Shown here: piece after piece, positions 29,543 to 41,078 of the stretch | Layout: each line of letters opens with the position of its first letter | How positions within the stretch are numbered: position 1 is the stretch's first letter | The notes under the pieces: generated by a model | What the model was told of the DNA's origin: nothing | Databases searched by the model: none | What the model saw: only the letters and a program-made list of their open reading frames with translations | Origin: Candidatus Entotheonellaceae bacterium | GTDB taxonomy: Bacteria > Tectomicrobia > Entotheonellia > Entotheonellales > Entotheonellaceae | Direction of reading: 5' to 3' | DNA length: 64,000 nt | Assembly (NCBI GenBank): GCA_965238075.1 | Contig: OZ250173.1 | Coordinates: 736,001 to 800,000 of the forward strand | Translations under genes and position numbers: made by a program

Positions 29543-30667
29543 TCACCACGGGTCGCTGAGCACCTCGCCGGCGTTGAAACAGCCACGGCTGCGCAACCGG
29601 ATGCCGCGTTCCGCGCTAATACGGCCGACCACCTGCGCGGTGATGCCGTGGCGCTCGGCGACCGCCAGCACGGCGTCGGGCTGCGGCGTGCAGACCAGCA
29701 TGCCATGGCCCATGTTCCACACCCGATAGGCCTCCCGGTCGCTTACCGGCCCGTGCGTCTGCAGGTACGTCAGCAACGGCCCCGGCGGCAATGGCGAGGT
29801 GATGTCGGCGCCCAGATTGGCGCGGCGCAGCAGGCGTCCGAGTTTGCCCGGCAATCCGCCGCCGGTGACGTGCACCACACCATGCAGCGGCGCTTGCGGT
29901 TCACCGTGGATGCCGCCAAGCATGTCGACGATCGCTTTCGCGAAAATGCGCGACGGCTGTAAGGCCAACTCACCCAGTGTCGTCTCGCCCTGCGGCACGG
30001 TGTGCCAGGCGTCGCCGTGTAGGCGCTGCAGAATCTGACGCAGCAAGGTGTAACCGTTCGAGCGGCAGCCGGTTTCGGCCAGGCCCACGATGGCGTCGCC
30101 GGCACGCACCGCGGCACCGCTCAACAATCGGTCGCGGCGGGCGAACCACACCACGCCGGCACTCCAGTTGCAGGTGAAGGGGCCATAGCCGTTGAGACGC
30201 GGGCCGCATTCCGCCAGTTCGCCGTTGAGTACGGCAACGCCGGCAGCATCAGCGGCCGATACGTAGCCCTCGGCAAGCCGGGCGACGGCGTCGAGGTGCA
30301 CGCGGTTGACGTCCAGAACGGTACCCACCAGCACCGGCTCGGCGCCCTGGGTAACGGCGTCATCGCACACCATGGCAAAGAGATCGTGAGCCAGCGTGTC
30401 CCAGACGCCCATGCGCTCGGCGATTTCAATCTTGCTGCCGATGCCGTCGAAGCCGATCCCCATTACCGTGTCGGGCGGCAGGTTTCCCACCTCGATGGCG
30501 CGTATGCCGGAGAAGTCGTCGTGCGGTATAATCACGGCGCCCAAACGGTCCTGTCGTTGTTTCCAGGTCTGCTGGGCGGCCTCGTAGAGCAGACGCGAGG
30601 CGGCGTCGCCGAGTTCCAGATCAACACCTGCGGCGGCGTAGGTAACAGGATCACGTGTTTCTGCCAT
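29543..30667 (-). CDS. purM: Phosphoribosylformylglycinamidine cyclo-ligase (AIR synthase)
   Basis: TYAAAGVD, DGIGSK, GAEP, GELAE, G.RSNGY, HVTGGG, WNMG. Confidence 0.93.
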   Translation of the reverse strand: MAETRDPVTYAAAGVDLELGDAASRLLYEAAQQTWKQRQDRLGAVIIPHDDFSGIRAIEVGNLPPDTVMGIGFDGIGSKIEIAERMGVWDTLAHDLFAMVCDDAVTQGAEPVLVGTVLDVNRVHLDAVARLAEGYVSAADAAGVAVLNGELAECGPRLNGYGPFTCNWSAGVVWFARRDRLLSGAAVRAGDAIVGLAETGCRSNGYTLLRQILQRLHGDAWHTVPQGETTLGELALQPSRIFAKAIVDMLGGIHGEPQAPLHGVVHVTGGGLPGKLGRLLRRANLGADITSPLPPGPLLTYLQTHGPVSDREAYRVWNMGHGMLVCTPQPDAVLAVAERHGITAQVVGRISAERGIRLRSRGCFNAGEVLSDPW

Positions 30668-30699
30668 GAAGTGCCTCAGCCGGAGGAAAGGAGCGAAAA

Positions 30700-30912
30700 A
30701 TGTCCGAACAGCCGCACTACAAGACGTTGGAGGCGTCAGAGCTATTTTGCCAGCGCTGCCGACAATCGCAGCCGGTGCGCCAGCGCCTGCTGCTGGTCTT
30801 GCCGACGGGGAACAAGTACGACTACCGCTGCGCGGTCTGCGCGACCTCGGTGGGATCGAAAATGGATTCGGACAGCAGCGACTTCTCCACCCTTCTTTCC
30901 GGTCGGAAATAA
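30700..30912 (+). CDS. Small zinc-ribbon protein
   Basis: CQRC...PVRQRLLLVLP...YRCAVC; AAGGAG RBS. Confidence 0.8.
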   Translation: MSEQPHYKTLEASELFCQRCRQSQPVRQRLLLVLPTGNKYDYRCAVCATSVGSKMDSDSSDFSTLLSGRK

Positions 30913-30946
30913 CACCCGCCCCTGCCCGTCCCCATCACCAGCAAGC

Positions 30947-32143
30947 TCAGAACAGGTCCGTCACAATACCGTACCCGCCCACGTAGGTGCCGATGAGGCT
31001 GCCGAGCGTCGGCAGGATGAACGCCAGGAAGATGCGCAGCAGCCGGTTGCGCCACCAGTTCCTCGGAACCCGCATGTCCTCCGCAATGGTCTGCAATTCG
31101 TGAACCAGGGGCGGGGCGACGTACGCCTGCACGAAGGCGGTGACGTATCCGGCGCCGATGACCGGGGTCAGGCTGGTGAGCGGCGCGGCCACGAGCCCGG
31201 CGAGGATCGTCAGCGGATGCGCCAGCGCCAGGGTGGCGCCAATGGCGCAGGGGATGGCGTTGACCAGAACCCAGCAGAGCACGCTGTCGCCCATGGCAGC
31301 AGCGCCTTTCTGCCAGCCGATGGCGGCAATGGCCGCGATGATCAGGGCGGGAATGGCCCAGCCCAGCCACTTGCCGATCGGCAGCGTCGGCGGCACGGTT
31401 TCGAGGGCATCCAAATCGACCGGTGACGAAGCTCGCAACGCCCGAGCGATGCCGGGCACGTGCGCCGCACCGACCACGCCCACAACGCGTTCGCCCTCGG
31501 ACTGGCGCATTTTTTCCGCCAGGTACAAATCCCGCTCGTCGATGAGCACCTTGTGCAGCGCCGGGAACATCGTGCCGAGTTCCTGAAGCAACTCGGTGAG
31601 AACGTCTTTCTGCCGGATGTCGCGCAGGTCGTCTTCAGATACACGGGTGCTGTCGAACATGCTGCCGATCAACGCCGACAGCAGCCAGAACTTGCGCAGA
31701 AACGACGTGGAACGCCAGGCTCGCAGCATGGTTACCCGCACGGCGCGGTCGCACAGCGCCACGGGTATGTCGTGCTCCTCCGCGACCTTAGTCGCCTCCA
31801 GCAGTTCCGTGCCCGGCGTCACGCCCAACTGGCCCCCCAGCCGCTTCTGATAGGATGCCAGGATCAGGTTGGCCAGCAGGGCGCTGAGCTGGCGCTTGCG
31901 AATGACCTCCTTGAGGTCGAGGTCCTCCCACCGGCTGCCCGCCGACAGCGCCGCATAGCGCTGCGCGTCCAGTTCCACGCACACGCAATCCGGCTGCTCT
32001 GTGCTGATGACCTGCCGCACCAGTTCGGCGGACTCCTGCGAAATATGGGCGGTGCCCACCAGCAAGAACGTGCGCCCTTGGTGCTCCACGATTTGCACGT
32101 CGGACGGATATCGGTCGGGATCGAACGATGCGGGGTCGGACAA
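30947..32143 (-). CDS. TraB/GumN (pheromone shutdown PrgY-like) family protein
   Basis: LVGTAHIS, CVELD, PGTEL, DR, IDERD, VVGAAH, C-terminal TM region. TTG start is a guess. Confidence 0.93.
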   Translation of the reverse strand: MSDPASFDPDRYPSDVQIVEHQGRTFLLVGTAHISQESAELVRQVISTEQPDCVCVELDAQRYAALSAGSRWEDLDLKEVIRKRQLSALLANLILASYQKRLGGQLGVTPGTELLEATKVAEEHDIPVALCDRAVRVTMLRAWRSTSFLRKFWLLSALIGSMFDSTRVSEDDLRDIRQKDVLTELLQELGTMFPALHKVLIDERDLYLAEKMRQSEGERVVGVVGAAHVPGIARALRASSPVDLDALETVPPTLPIGKWLGWAIPALIIAAIAAIGWQKGAAAMGDSVLCWVLVNAIPCAIGATLALAHPLTILAGLVAAPLTSLTPVIGAGYVTAFVQAYVAPPLVHELQTIAEDMRVPRNWWRNRLLRIFLAFILPTLGSLIGTYVGGYGIVTDLF

Positions 32144-32298
32144 GGTGTTCGCTTTCGTTGACGGTCTCGGAAATCGGTTGGGATGGGCTAGCCTGTGGTC
32201 CGGAAAGAATAACACGCCGTGCAGTGCCCGGCGAGGTTGTGTCACAATTTCCGCTTCACGTGAACAGCATTATCCAGGCACGAAAGGAGCCACCGATT

Positions 32299-33306
32299 AT
32301 GAGAGTCTTTGAAATTCGCGACGCGTTCGGCATCGACAACCTGAAGCTGGCGGAGCGGCAGGAAGCAGCCTTGCAGCCGGGGCAGACGCGGGTGCGGGTG
32401 CGGGCAACGTCGCTGAATTACCGGGATCTGATGACCGTCAAGCATGGCGGCGCCCGGGGCGTGCGGGTGCCGCTGATCCCGCTGTCGGACGGCGCGGGTG
32501 AGGTTGTCGAGGTTGGCCCGGGCGTAAGCCGCGTCAAGCCGGGCGACCGGGTCATGGGCATTTTCATGCAGACCTGGCTGGCCGGGGAACCGACGCAGGC
32601 GCATGCCGAATCGGCGCTGGGCGGCGCGATTGATGGCATGCTGGCCGAGCAGGTCGTCCTGCACGAGGACGGCTTGGTGCACGTGCCCGATTATCTGTCG
32701 TACGAAGAAGCCGCCACCCTGCCGTGCGCCGCGGTGACCGCCTGGCAGGGGTTGATGACCAAGGGGGGCCTGCAGGCCGGTGACACCATCCTGGTGCTCG
32801 GCACCGGCGGCGTGTCCATCTTCGCGTTGCAGTTCGCCGCCATTGCGGGCGCCAGGACCATTATCACGTCCAGCAGCGACGCCAAGCTGGAGCGGGCGAA
32901 GCAGATCGGGGCAGCCGAGTGCATCAACTACAAAACCACGCCGGATTGGGAAAAACGGGTGCTGGAATTGACCGACGGCGTCGGCGTGGATCACGTGGTG
33001 GAAGTCGGCGGCGTGGGTACGCTGGAAAAATCGCTGCAGGCCGTACGCATCGGCGGCACGGTCAGCCTCATCGGCGTGCTGACGGGCAGCGGCACCATGG
33101 ATCCCATGGCCATCCTGCGCAAGAGCATCCGCATGCAGGGCATCTACGTCGGCTCGCGGGCGATGTTCGAAGCCATGAATCGCGCCCTGTCGCTGCATGC
33201 CGTGCGGCCGGTCATCGACCGCGCGTTTCCGTTCGAGGAATCGCGGGAAGCCCTTTCCTACATGGAAAGCGCCGCCCATTTCGGCAAGATCGTGGTGACC
33301 TTGTAA
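32299..33306 (+). CDS. NAD(P)-dependent medium-chain alcohol dehydrogenase-like oxidoreductase
   Basis: SLNYRD, PLSDGAG, LPCAAVTAW, GTGGVS, HFGKIV; AAGGAG RBS. Confidence 0.95.
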   Translation: MRVFEIRDAFGIDNLKLAERQEAALQPGQTRVRVRATSLNYRDLMTVKHGGARGVRVPLIPLSDGAGEVVEVGPGVSRVKPGDRVMGIFMQTWLAGEPTQAHAESALGGAIDGMLAEQVVLHEDGLVHVPDYLSYEEAATLPCAAVTAWQGLMTKGGLQAGDTILVLGTGGVSIFALQFAAIAGARTIITSSSDAKLERAKQIGAAECINYKTTPDWEKRVLELTDGVGVDHVVEVGGVGTLEKSLQAVRIGGTVSLIGVLTGSGTMDPMAILRKSIRMQGIYVGSRAMFEAMNRALSLHAVRPVIDRAFPFEESREALSYMESAAHFGKIVVTL

Positions 33307-33378
33307 GTCAAGATCAGGGTTGCTTCCGTGCCGCCTGTTTAGCGGAATGTCGGATTACGCTTCGCTGATCCGACTTAC
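33303..33378. repeat. GTAG(GTAA)-type REP inverted pair overlapping both convergent stop codons
   Basis: gtaagtcaagatcag ... gtcggattacgcttcgctgatccgacttac. Confidence 0.65.
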
Positions 33379-35645
33379 AGCGAATCCCGTGCTGCCCGGT
33401 TAGCGGCCAGATGACCGCGAATCTCATCCAGAAGAATCTCGCCGTACTTACGGGCTTTCTCCTCACCAATCCCGTAAATCTCCAACAGGGAATGGCGCTC
33501 GGTGGGCAGCCGCTGCGCCAGTTCCCGCAGCGTGCGGTTGTTGACGATGCAGTACGCCGGCAGGGACTCGGCCTCTGCCAGTGCCTTGCGCCGTGCCTGC
33601 AAGCGCTGCAGCAAAACGGCATCATATTCGGGCTCGGGCTCCGAGGTCTGCGAGGGGGTCTGGAAATCCACCGCGGAGAACACGTCAGGCGTCAGCGATG
33701 GGATCGCCGCGGCGGAGCCCTCAGGTCCGGCAGGTCGGGGCCGAGCCGACGGCGCGGCAGCTTGACGGGGCGTCGTCCCAATATCGGGCAAGAGCGGCAA
33801 CCGGATATCCTGCTGGCGGCGCATCACCGCCTGTCCGTGATCCGTAATTTCCAGTTTCGGGTATTCGTCCCCCACAACGTCGATGCAGCCTGCGCCGATT
33901 AACGCCTCAATGTAGGCGTCTATCATTTCACGCGGTGACCCCTTCAGAATGCCATACGTTGATAGCTGCAACAGGTGCGTATCGCGAATCTCTTTGGCCC
34001 GCGAGCCCTGCAGAACCTGCACCACCCGGGTGCGGCCATAGCGTCCGCGCATGCGGGCCACGCAACTGAGAATCTTCTGGATATTCAGCCACTCACCCTC
34101 CGCAGGGGCACGCACCGGACTTGCCGCCGCGCTCTTGGGAACCGTATCGCTCAGGCAATGGTCGCAGGCAGCGCAGTTCGGCTTGCCCCAAGTCTCGCCG
34201 AAGTATCCCAGTATCTTCTGCCGCCGGCATTGACGGGCGTTGGCAAAGCCGACCATGCGGCGGACTTTGGCCAATTCGTTTTGTCGGCGACGCCGCAGGG
34301 GGCCATCATCCAAAACCAGCGACTGCCCCGGCACCGGTTCCCCGACCAAGCGCACCAGCATGTTCGGCGTGCCGGCCGGCAGATCGTCCCCGGCCTCGAA
34401 AATCGTCAGTTGCTCGATGTAACCCGCCTTTTCCAACAGCCGGGCAGCCGCGGCGAGTTGCATGGCGCTACTGCCGCGCCCCAAGTGCCGCAGCAGGGCC
34501 GACAATTGCACGTCCGTACCCGGAGGCCCCACCCCCGCGATCAACTCGTAGACCCGCTCCATCACCTCGCGCGTCGGGTTGTTGTGCTCGACCAGGAACT
34601 CCTGGATGCGCACGTCGCCGTAGCTGAACAGCAACACGCACTGCGCCTCGGCGCCGTCCCGCCCAGCACGCCCCGCTTCCTGGTAATAAGCCTCCAGCGA
34701 GCGCGGCAGATTGAAGTGCACGACGCAGCGCACGTCCGGCTTGTCGATCCCCATACCAAAGGCGTTGGTCGCCACGATCAGACCGTTCGGTCGCTCCATG
34801 AAGGCATCTTGCGCCTGTTTGCGCGCCGCGTCCGACAGCCCGGCGTGGTAGAGCAGCACCTCCGCGCCCCGCTCTTGCAGAAACGCGACGACTTCCTCTG
34901 CCGCCCGGCGCGTCGAGGTGTAGACGATCGTGCTGCCGTCACGCTGAGCGACGAGCGCCTCCTGCAGAGCCCGCAGCTTGGCCGCCTGACCGTTCAGCGT
35001 CAGCACCCGATAAACCAGGTTAGGGCGGTCGAAGCCATACACGAAGGGCTGCATGTCCGGGCGGCCCAACTGCTGCACGATGTCCTGTTGCACGTCCACC
35101 GTCGCCGTGGCGGTGAGGGCCAGCACCTGCGGCCGGTCCGGCAGCGCCACGGCTTCGCGGAGACGCAAGTAATCGGGGCGAAAATCGTGTCCCCATTCGG
35201 AGATGCAGTGCGCCTCGTCGATGGCGAAGAGCGACACCCGCATGCGGGAAACGACTTCTACGAAGCGCGGGCTGCGAAAGCGCTCCGGCGCGATGTACAG
35301 CAGATCGTAGACGCCCGCCCGGCACGCCAGCAGCCGCTCCTGCTGTTCGCGCGGCGGCAGCGAGCTGTTGACGTACGTGGCGGCGATGCCCTGCGCCTGC
35401 AAGGCGTCAACCTGATCCTTCATCAGGGCGATGAGCGGTGAGATCACCAGCGCACAGCCCTCCTGAAACACCGCCGGCAATTGGTAGCAAAGGGATTTGC
35501 CGCTGCCGGTCGGCATGACGGCCAGAACGTCGCGCCCTTCCAGCACCGTTTCGATAATGGCGGCCTGACCGGGCCGAAAATCGCGGTGCCCGAAGCGCTG
35601 GGACAGAACGTCACGGGCTCGACTCAGGGTGTCGGTTGCTGTCAT
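33375..35645 (-). CDS. recQ: ATP-dependent DNA helicase RecQ (with RQC and HRDC domains)
   Basis: MPTGSGKSLCYQLP, DEAHCISEWGHDFRPDY, QEAGRAGRDG, Zn site CRR..C..CD.C, HRDC GIGEEK. Confidence 0.96.
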   Translation of the reverse strand: MTATDTLSRARDVLSQRFGHRDFRPGQAAIIETVLEGRDVLAVMPTGSGKSLCYQLPAVFQEGCALVISPLIALMKDQVDALQAQGIAATYVNSSLPPREQQERLLACRAGVYDLLYIAPERFRSPRFVEVVSRMRVSLFAIDEAHCISEWGHDFRPDYLRLREAVALPDRPQVLALTATATVDVQQDIVQQLGRPDMQPFVYGFDRPNLVYRVLTLNGQAAKLRALQEALVAQRDGSTIVYTSTRRAAEEVVAFLQERGAEVLLYHAGLSDAARKQAQDAFMERPNGLIVATNAFGMGIDKPDVRCVVHFNLPRSLEAYYQEAGRAGRDGAEAQCVLLFSYGDVRIQEFLVEHNNPTREVMERVYELIAGVGPPGTDVQLSALLRHLGRGSSAMQLAAAARLLEKAGYIEQLTIFEAGDDLPAGTPNMLVRLVGEPVPGQSLVLDDGPLRRRRQNELAKVRRMVGFANARQCRRQKILGYFGETWGKPNCAACDHCLSDTVPKSAAASPVRAPAEGEWLNIQKILSCVARMRGRYGRTRVVQVLQGSRAKEIRDTHLLQLSTYGILKGSPREMIDAYIEALIGAGCIDVVGDEYPKLEITDHGQAVMRRQQDIRLPLLPDIGTTPRQAAAPSARPRPAGPEGSAAAIPSLTPDVFSAVDFQTPSQTSEPEPEYDAVLLQRLQARRKALAEAESLPAYCIVNNRTLRELAQRLPTERHSLLEIYGIGEEKARKYGEILLDEIRGHLAANRAARDSL

Positions 35646-35745
35646 GGCTTTGTGGATTCAGTGGAGGTGTGGGAACGAGCGAAACAGACGGGTGCCAAAG
35701 GAAGCGCAAGCATAGCCCAAGGGATCAACGATGGCCAACGCATAT

Positions 35746-35787
35746 TTGACAGATAAAATTGACAATAAGGCTGGTAGCCGTTAAATT
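35746..35787 (+). promoter_or_regulatory. Sigma70-type promoter of the suf operon
   Basis: TTGACA (35759-64), 17 bp spacer, TAAATT (35782-87); a second TTGACA at 35746-51. Confidence 0.65.
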
Positions 35788-35824
35788 ACCCGGCACTATC
35801 CTCTCTTATTGAGGGAACTGAGCC

Positions 35825-36463
35825 ATGTTATCCGACATTCGACATGACAATTCGCCGGCCGGCCAGATTCTGCGTCTCTTGCAACACCAGGGCAGGCGCA
35901 GCATCAAGGAGATCGAAGCCGAGTTGGGCGTCACCACGACGGCCGTACGCCAGCAGTTGACGTCGCTGGTCGCCGCCGATCTGGTGACGGCTGACACGGT
36001 GCGCGAAAAGCGAGGCCGACCGCACGCCGTCTACAACCTCTCGGACAAAGGCCACGAGCTCTTCGCCCGCGGCTCGATGGATTTGGCGCACGCCCTGCTC
36101 GGCGAAGTGCTGCGGCTCGGCGATCCCGGACTGGCGCAGCAGCTTTTGAGCCGGGTCAGTACGCGCCTGGGGCGTCGTTACGCCGAGCAAATGCACGGCA
36201 TCGCGGTGCAGGACCGTTTGCAGGACTTGGCGGCCTGGCTCGAGGTGCACGGCATTCCCAGCAAGGTGGACGAAGAAGCCGACGCCTTCGTGTTGACCGA
36301 GTACGGCTGTCCCTACTACGGCTTGGCCCGCGAGCACCGCGAAGTGTGTGACATGGAAATTGAAGCGATGGAATTGGCCCTGGGATCACCGGTGACGCTG
36401 TACCAATCGCAGCTTGACGGGCACCACGGCTGCCAGTTTCAGGTGAAGAAACCACCGGCGTGA
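35825..36463 (+). CDS. sufR: SufR-like Fe-S-sensing transcriptional regulator
   Basis: wHTH LGVTTTAVRQQL, RGRP; CPY..C..C ligand pattern; leads sufCBD. Confidence 0.85.
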   Translation: MLSDIRHDNSPAGQILRLLQHQGRRSIKEIEAELGVTTTAVRQQLTSLVAADLVTADTVREKRGRPHAVYNLSDKGHELFARGSMDLAHALLGEVLRLGDPGLAQQLLSRVSTRLGRRYAEQMHGIAVQDRLQDLAAWLEVHGIPSKVDEEADAFVLTEYGCPYYGLAREHREVCDMEIEAMELALGSPVTLYQSQLDGHHGCQFQVKKPPA

Positions 36464-36513
36464 GGCCGGGCGCCCAGCGCTGAAGAAACGGAATTGACTT
36501 TCTTTAGGGAGAA

Positions 36514-37329
36514 ATGAGTCACATGGACTTGAGTATTCGGAACCTGCAGGTCAGTGTCGACGACAAGCCCATCCTGCGGGGCCTGAACCTGGAGATTAAA
36601 CAGGGAGAGATTCACGCCCTGATGGGACCCAACGGCTCGGGCAAAAGCACCCTGGCCTACGCCCTCATGGGCAATGAGAAGTACCGCGTGGACGCCGGCG
36701 AGATTCTGCTGGACGGTGAAAACCTGCTCGATCTCGCCGTTGACGAACGCGCCCGCCGCGGCCTGTTCCTCGCCTTCCAATACCCCACCACCATTCCCGG
36801 CGTCACCCTGGCTGATTTTCTACGCCGCTCCGTCAGCGCCGTGCGCCGCGCCCGCGGTACCGCTGCCGGTGCCGAATCCCAAGAGACAACAACCGGTCAG
36901 GGCATGCTCGTACCGATGCGCGAGTTCCGGCGCGAACTGCTCGGCAAAATGAAGGACCTCGGCGTCGACCAGGCGTTTGCGCGCCGCTACCTGAACGAGG
37001 GTTTTTCGGGTGGGGAAAAGAAACGCGTTGAAGTCCTGCAACTCGCCATGCTGCAGCCGAAATTCGCCATTCTCGACGAAACCGACTCCGGTCTGGATAT
37101 CGATGCCCTGCGCACGGTGGCGGAAGGGGTCAGCGCCCTCGCCGGCTCGGAGCTCGGCGTCCTCGTCATCACCCATTATCAGCGCTTGTTGAACTACATC
37201 AAACCACACTTCGTGCACATCCTCCTGGATGGGCAAATCGTTGAATCGGGCGGAGCGGACATGGCCGAAAAGCTGGACGCAAGCGGCTACGACGGGCTCC
37301 GCGAGAAGTACGCCGAACCGGTCGCTTAG
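36514..37329 (+). CDS. sufC: Fe-S cluster assembly ATPase SufC
   Basis: [41 protein letters not shown]. Confidence 0.98.
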   Translation: MSHMDLSIRNLQVSVDDKPILRGLNLEIKQGEIHALMGPNGSGKSTLAYALMGNEKYRVDAGEILLDGENLLDLAVDERARRGLFLAFQYPTTIPGVTLADFLRRSVSAVRRARGTAAGAESQETTTGQGMLVPMREFRRELLGKMKDLGVDQAFARRYLNEGFSGGEKKRVEVLQLAMLQPKFAILDETDSGLDIDALRTVAEGVSALAGSELGVLVITHYQRLLNYIKPHFVHILLDGQIVESGGADMAEKLDASGYDGLREKYAEPVA

Positions 37330-37373
37330 CGGCCCGGTCAATCGGCCAGGAACAGCACTTAAGGAGATTGCTC

Positions 37374-38795
<1,422 letters not shown>

Positions 38796-38807
38796 GAGAG
38801 GAGCAAC

Positions 38808-40136
38808 GTGGCCGTTGTAACGAATGCGAGTGAACTGAGCGCCGAGGCGGTCGAAGCGCTCAGTGCCTCGAAGAACGAACCGGCGTGGATGCGCGACAAG
38901 CGCCGCGCCGCCTGGCAACTCAGCCAGGAGTTGCCCATGCCGACCGATACCGACGAGGCATGGCGGCGCACCGATCTGCGTGGGCTGGACGTCGGCCAGT
39001 ACGCGGCGCTGTCGCCGCAAGTCGAGGCGGTTTCTGTCCGTGAGGAATTGCCGGCCTATATGGCGCCGCATCTTGCCATGCCGGAAACAACCGTCGGCGG
39101 TGTGCTGGTGCACCAGGACGGCAACGCCCTGTGGCAAATATTCGAAGCCGATCTGGCCGCACAGGGCGTCATTTTTTGCGACCTCGACACTGCGGTGCAG
39201 CAGCATACCGATCTCGTTGAAGCGCACTTCATGACCGAGGCCGTGCCTGTCGATACCGATGCCTTCACGGCCCTGCACGGTGCTTTGTGGCAAGGCGGCA
39301 TCTTTCTGTACGTGCCCAGCGGCGTTCAGGTGCAGGTGCCGTTGCAGGCGCTGACCGCACATGCTACGGCCTCCGGCATGGTGCAGCCGCACCTGCTGCT
39401 CATCGCCGATGCCCAGAGCCAGGTGACCCTCGTGGATGAGCAGTTTTCGCAATCGGCCGATCTGCCAGGCTTCCACAACGGCGTTGTCGAGCTTTACCTC
39501 AAGCGCGGCGCCCGGGCGACCTATCTGCAAATCCAGAACTGGAGCCGACGCCTGTGGGGCATCAGCCACCAACGCGCCGTGCTCGACGCCGACAGCCAAC
39601 TTCACTGGGCCGCAGCGGGACTGGGAAGCCGCCTGTATTGGACCTCGCAGGCCGTCTGGCTGCGGGCGCCGGGCGCCAATTCGAAGCTCTTCGGTCTGAA
39701 CTTCGCCGACGGACGCCAGCACCTGGATTACCAAACCCGCCAGGACCACACCGCCCCCCACACCGAAAGCGATCTGCTGTTCAAGGGCGTGGTTCTCGAC
39801 CGGGCGCGGACCGTCTTTCGCGGCGTCCTGCATCTGCGCAAGGAGGCCCAGCAGACCAACGCCTACCAGGCCACCCACAACCTGCTGCTGAGCCCGAAGG
39901 CGCGCGCCGATGCCCTGCCCATCCTCGAAATCGAAGCCGACGACGTGCGCTGCAAGCACGGCTCCACCACCGGCCGGGTGGACGAGGAGCAAATGTTCTA
40001 CCTGATGAGCCGGGGCCTGTCGCGCCAGGAAGCGCAGCGCTTGATCGTCCAGGGGTTCTTCGAGACGGTGATCACCGAGTTTCCGGTGGAAGGCGTGCAG
40101 GAGAAAATCCGTTTGGCGATTGAGGACAGGATTTAG
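38808..40136 (+). CDS. sufD: Fe-S cluster assembly protein SufD
   Basis: EAWRRTD, PILEIEADDVRCKHG, FYLMSRG. Confidence 0.96.
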   Translation: MAVVTNASELSAEAVEALSASKNEPAWMRDKRRAAWQLSQELPMPTDTDEAWRRTDLRGLDVGQYAALSPQVEAVSVREELPAYMAPHLAMPETTVGGVLVHQDGNALWQIFEADLAAQGVIFCDLDTAVQQHTDLVEAHFMTEAVPVDTDAFTALHGALWQGGIFLYVPSGVQVQVPLQALTAHATASGMVQPHLLLIADAQSQVTLVDEQFSQSADLPGFHNGVVELYLKRGARATYLQIQNWSRRLWGISHQRAVLDADSQLHWAAAGLGSRLYWTSQAVWLRAPGANSKLFGLNFADGRQHLDYQTRQDHTAPHTESDLLFKGVVLDRARTVFRGVLHLRKEAQQTNAYQATHNLLLSPKARADALPILEIEADDVRCKHGSTTGRVDEEQMFYLMSRGLSRQEAQRLIVQGFFETVITEFPVEGVQEKIRLAIEDRI

Positions 40137-40173
40137 CGCCATTTTGCATCGCAACGGCTTAGGGTTGAGTTGG

Positions 40174-40252
40174 CGTCACTCCGGCTTTCGCCGGAGTCCA
40201 GGGTTTTTCTGGAGCAGAGGTCACTGGATTCCGGGTCAAGCCCGGAATGACG
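40174..40252. repeat. CGTC-type REP doublet, copy 4
   Basis: cgtcactccggctttcgccggagtccag ... ctggattccgggtcaagcccggaatgacg. Confidence 0.92.
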
Positions 40253-40314
40253 CTTTGGAACATCGAATGGTTAATCCAGAACGGAAAATGCTTTAGCGAG
40301 AAGGATTGGACGGT

Positions 40315-40629
40315 ATGGCGGAGTGGGTCAAGATCGGCGAAGTGGGGGAACTGGCCCCCGGCGAGAAGAAACAGGTGGACCTGGACGGCCTGGAGGTTGC
40401 GCTGTTCAACGTGGAAGGCGCGTATTACGTCATTGAAGACGTGTGCACGCACGACGGCGCCCCCCTGGCGCACGGCAAATTCGCCGGCAAGGAAGTCAGT
40501 TGCCCGCGGCACGGCGCGCGCTTTGACGTCTGCACCGGCGCCGCCCTGTGCATGCCGGCGATCGAGCCGGTGGACACCTATGAGGTCAAAATCGACGGCG
40601 ACGACATCTGCATCGAGGTCGATCTGTAG
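40315..40629 (+). CDS. Rieske-type [2Fe-2S] ferredoxin
   Basis: CTH...CPRHG Rieske motif. Confidence 0.95.
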   Translation: MAEWVKIGEVGELAPGEKKQVDLDGLEVALFNVEGAYYVIEDVCTHDGAPLAHGKFAGKEVSCPRHGARFDVCTGAALCMPAIEPVDTYEVKIDGDDICIEVDL

Positions 40630-40652
40630 TCGCCCCCGAGGGGTTTTTAGAA

Positions 40653-40681
40653 GCCCCCCTGACAAGGGGGGTTGGGGGGTT
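40653..40681. repeat. 29-bp C6-TTGTCA-G6 palindromic repeat, copy 2 (inverted)
   Basis: Exact reverse complement of 1688-1716. Confidence 0.9.
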
Positions 40682-40708
40682 TTCCAGCCATCCTGGGAGG
40701 AGGCATAC

Positions 40709-41008
40709 ATGCTTGAGCAAGAAACAATCTACGACGCCCTGAAGCAGATCATCGACCCCGAGGTCGGGATCAATATCGTCGACATGGGGCTGATTTACGA
40801 TCTTGAGATCGGCGACCAGAAGATCGATCTGACCATGACCCTCACGAGCCCCGCCTGTCCCGCTGGCCCGATGATTCTGACGCAGATCGATAATCAGCTT
40901 AAAGCCCTGGAAAACGTCGAGGACGTGGACATCAAGGTTGTCTGGAGCCCGCCCTGGACTCCGGACATGCTGTCGGAAGACGCCAGGGACCAACTGGGGA
41001 TTTTCTAA
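40709..41008 (+). CDS. DUF59 / SufT-PaaD family Fe-S assembly protein
   Basis: DPEVGINIVDMGLIY, MTLTSPACP, PPWT; GGAGG RBS. Confidence 0.94.
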   Translation: MLEQETIYDALKQIIDPEVGINIVDMGLIYDLEIGDQKIDLTMTLTSPACPAGPMILTQIDNQLKALENVEDVDIKVVWSPPWTPDMLSEDARDQLGIF

Positions 41009-41078
41009 CGGTGGCAACCGGATTTGCCCTCCCCTAGCCCTCCCGGGAGGAGGGGCATTTTGAACCGGTGAGGAGTTG

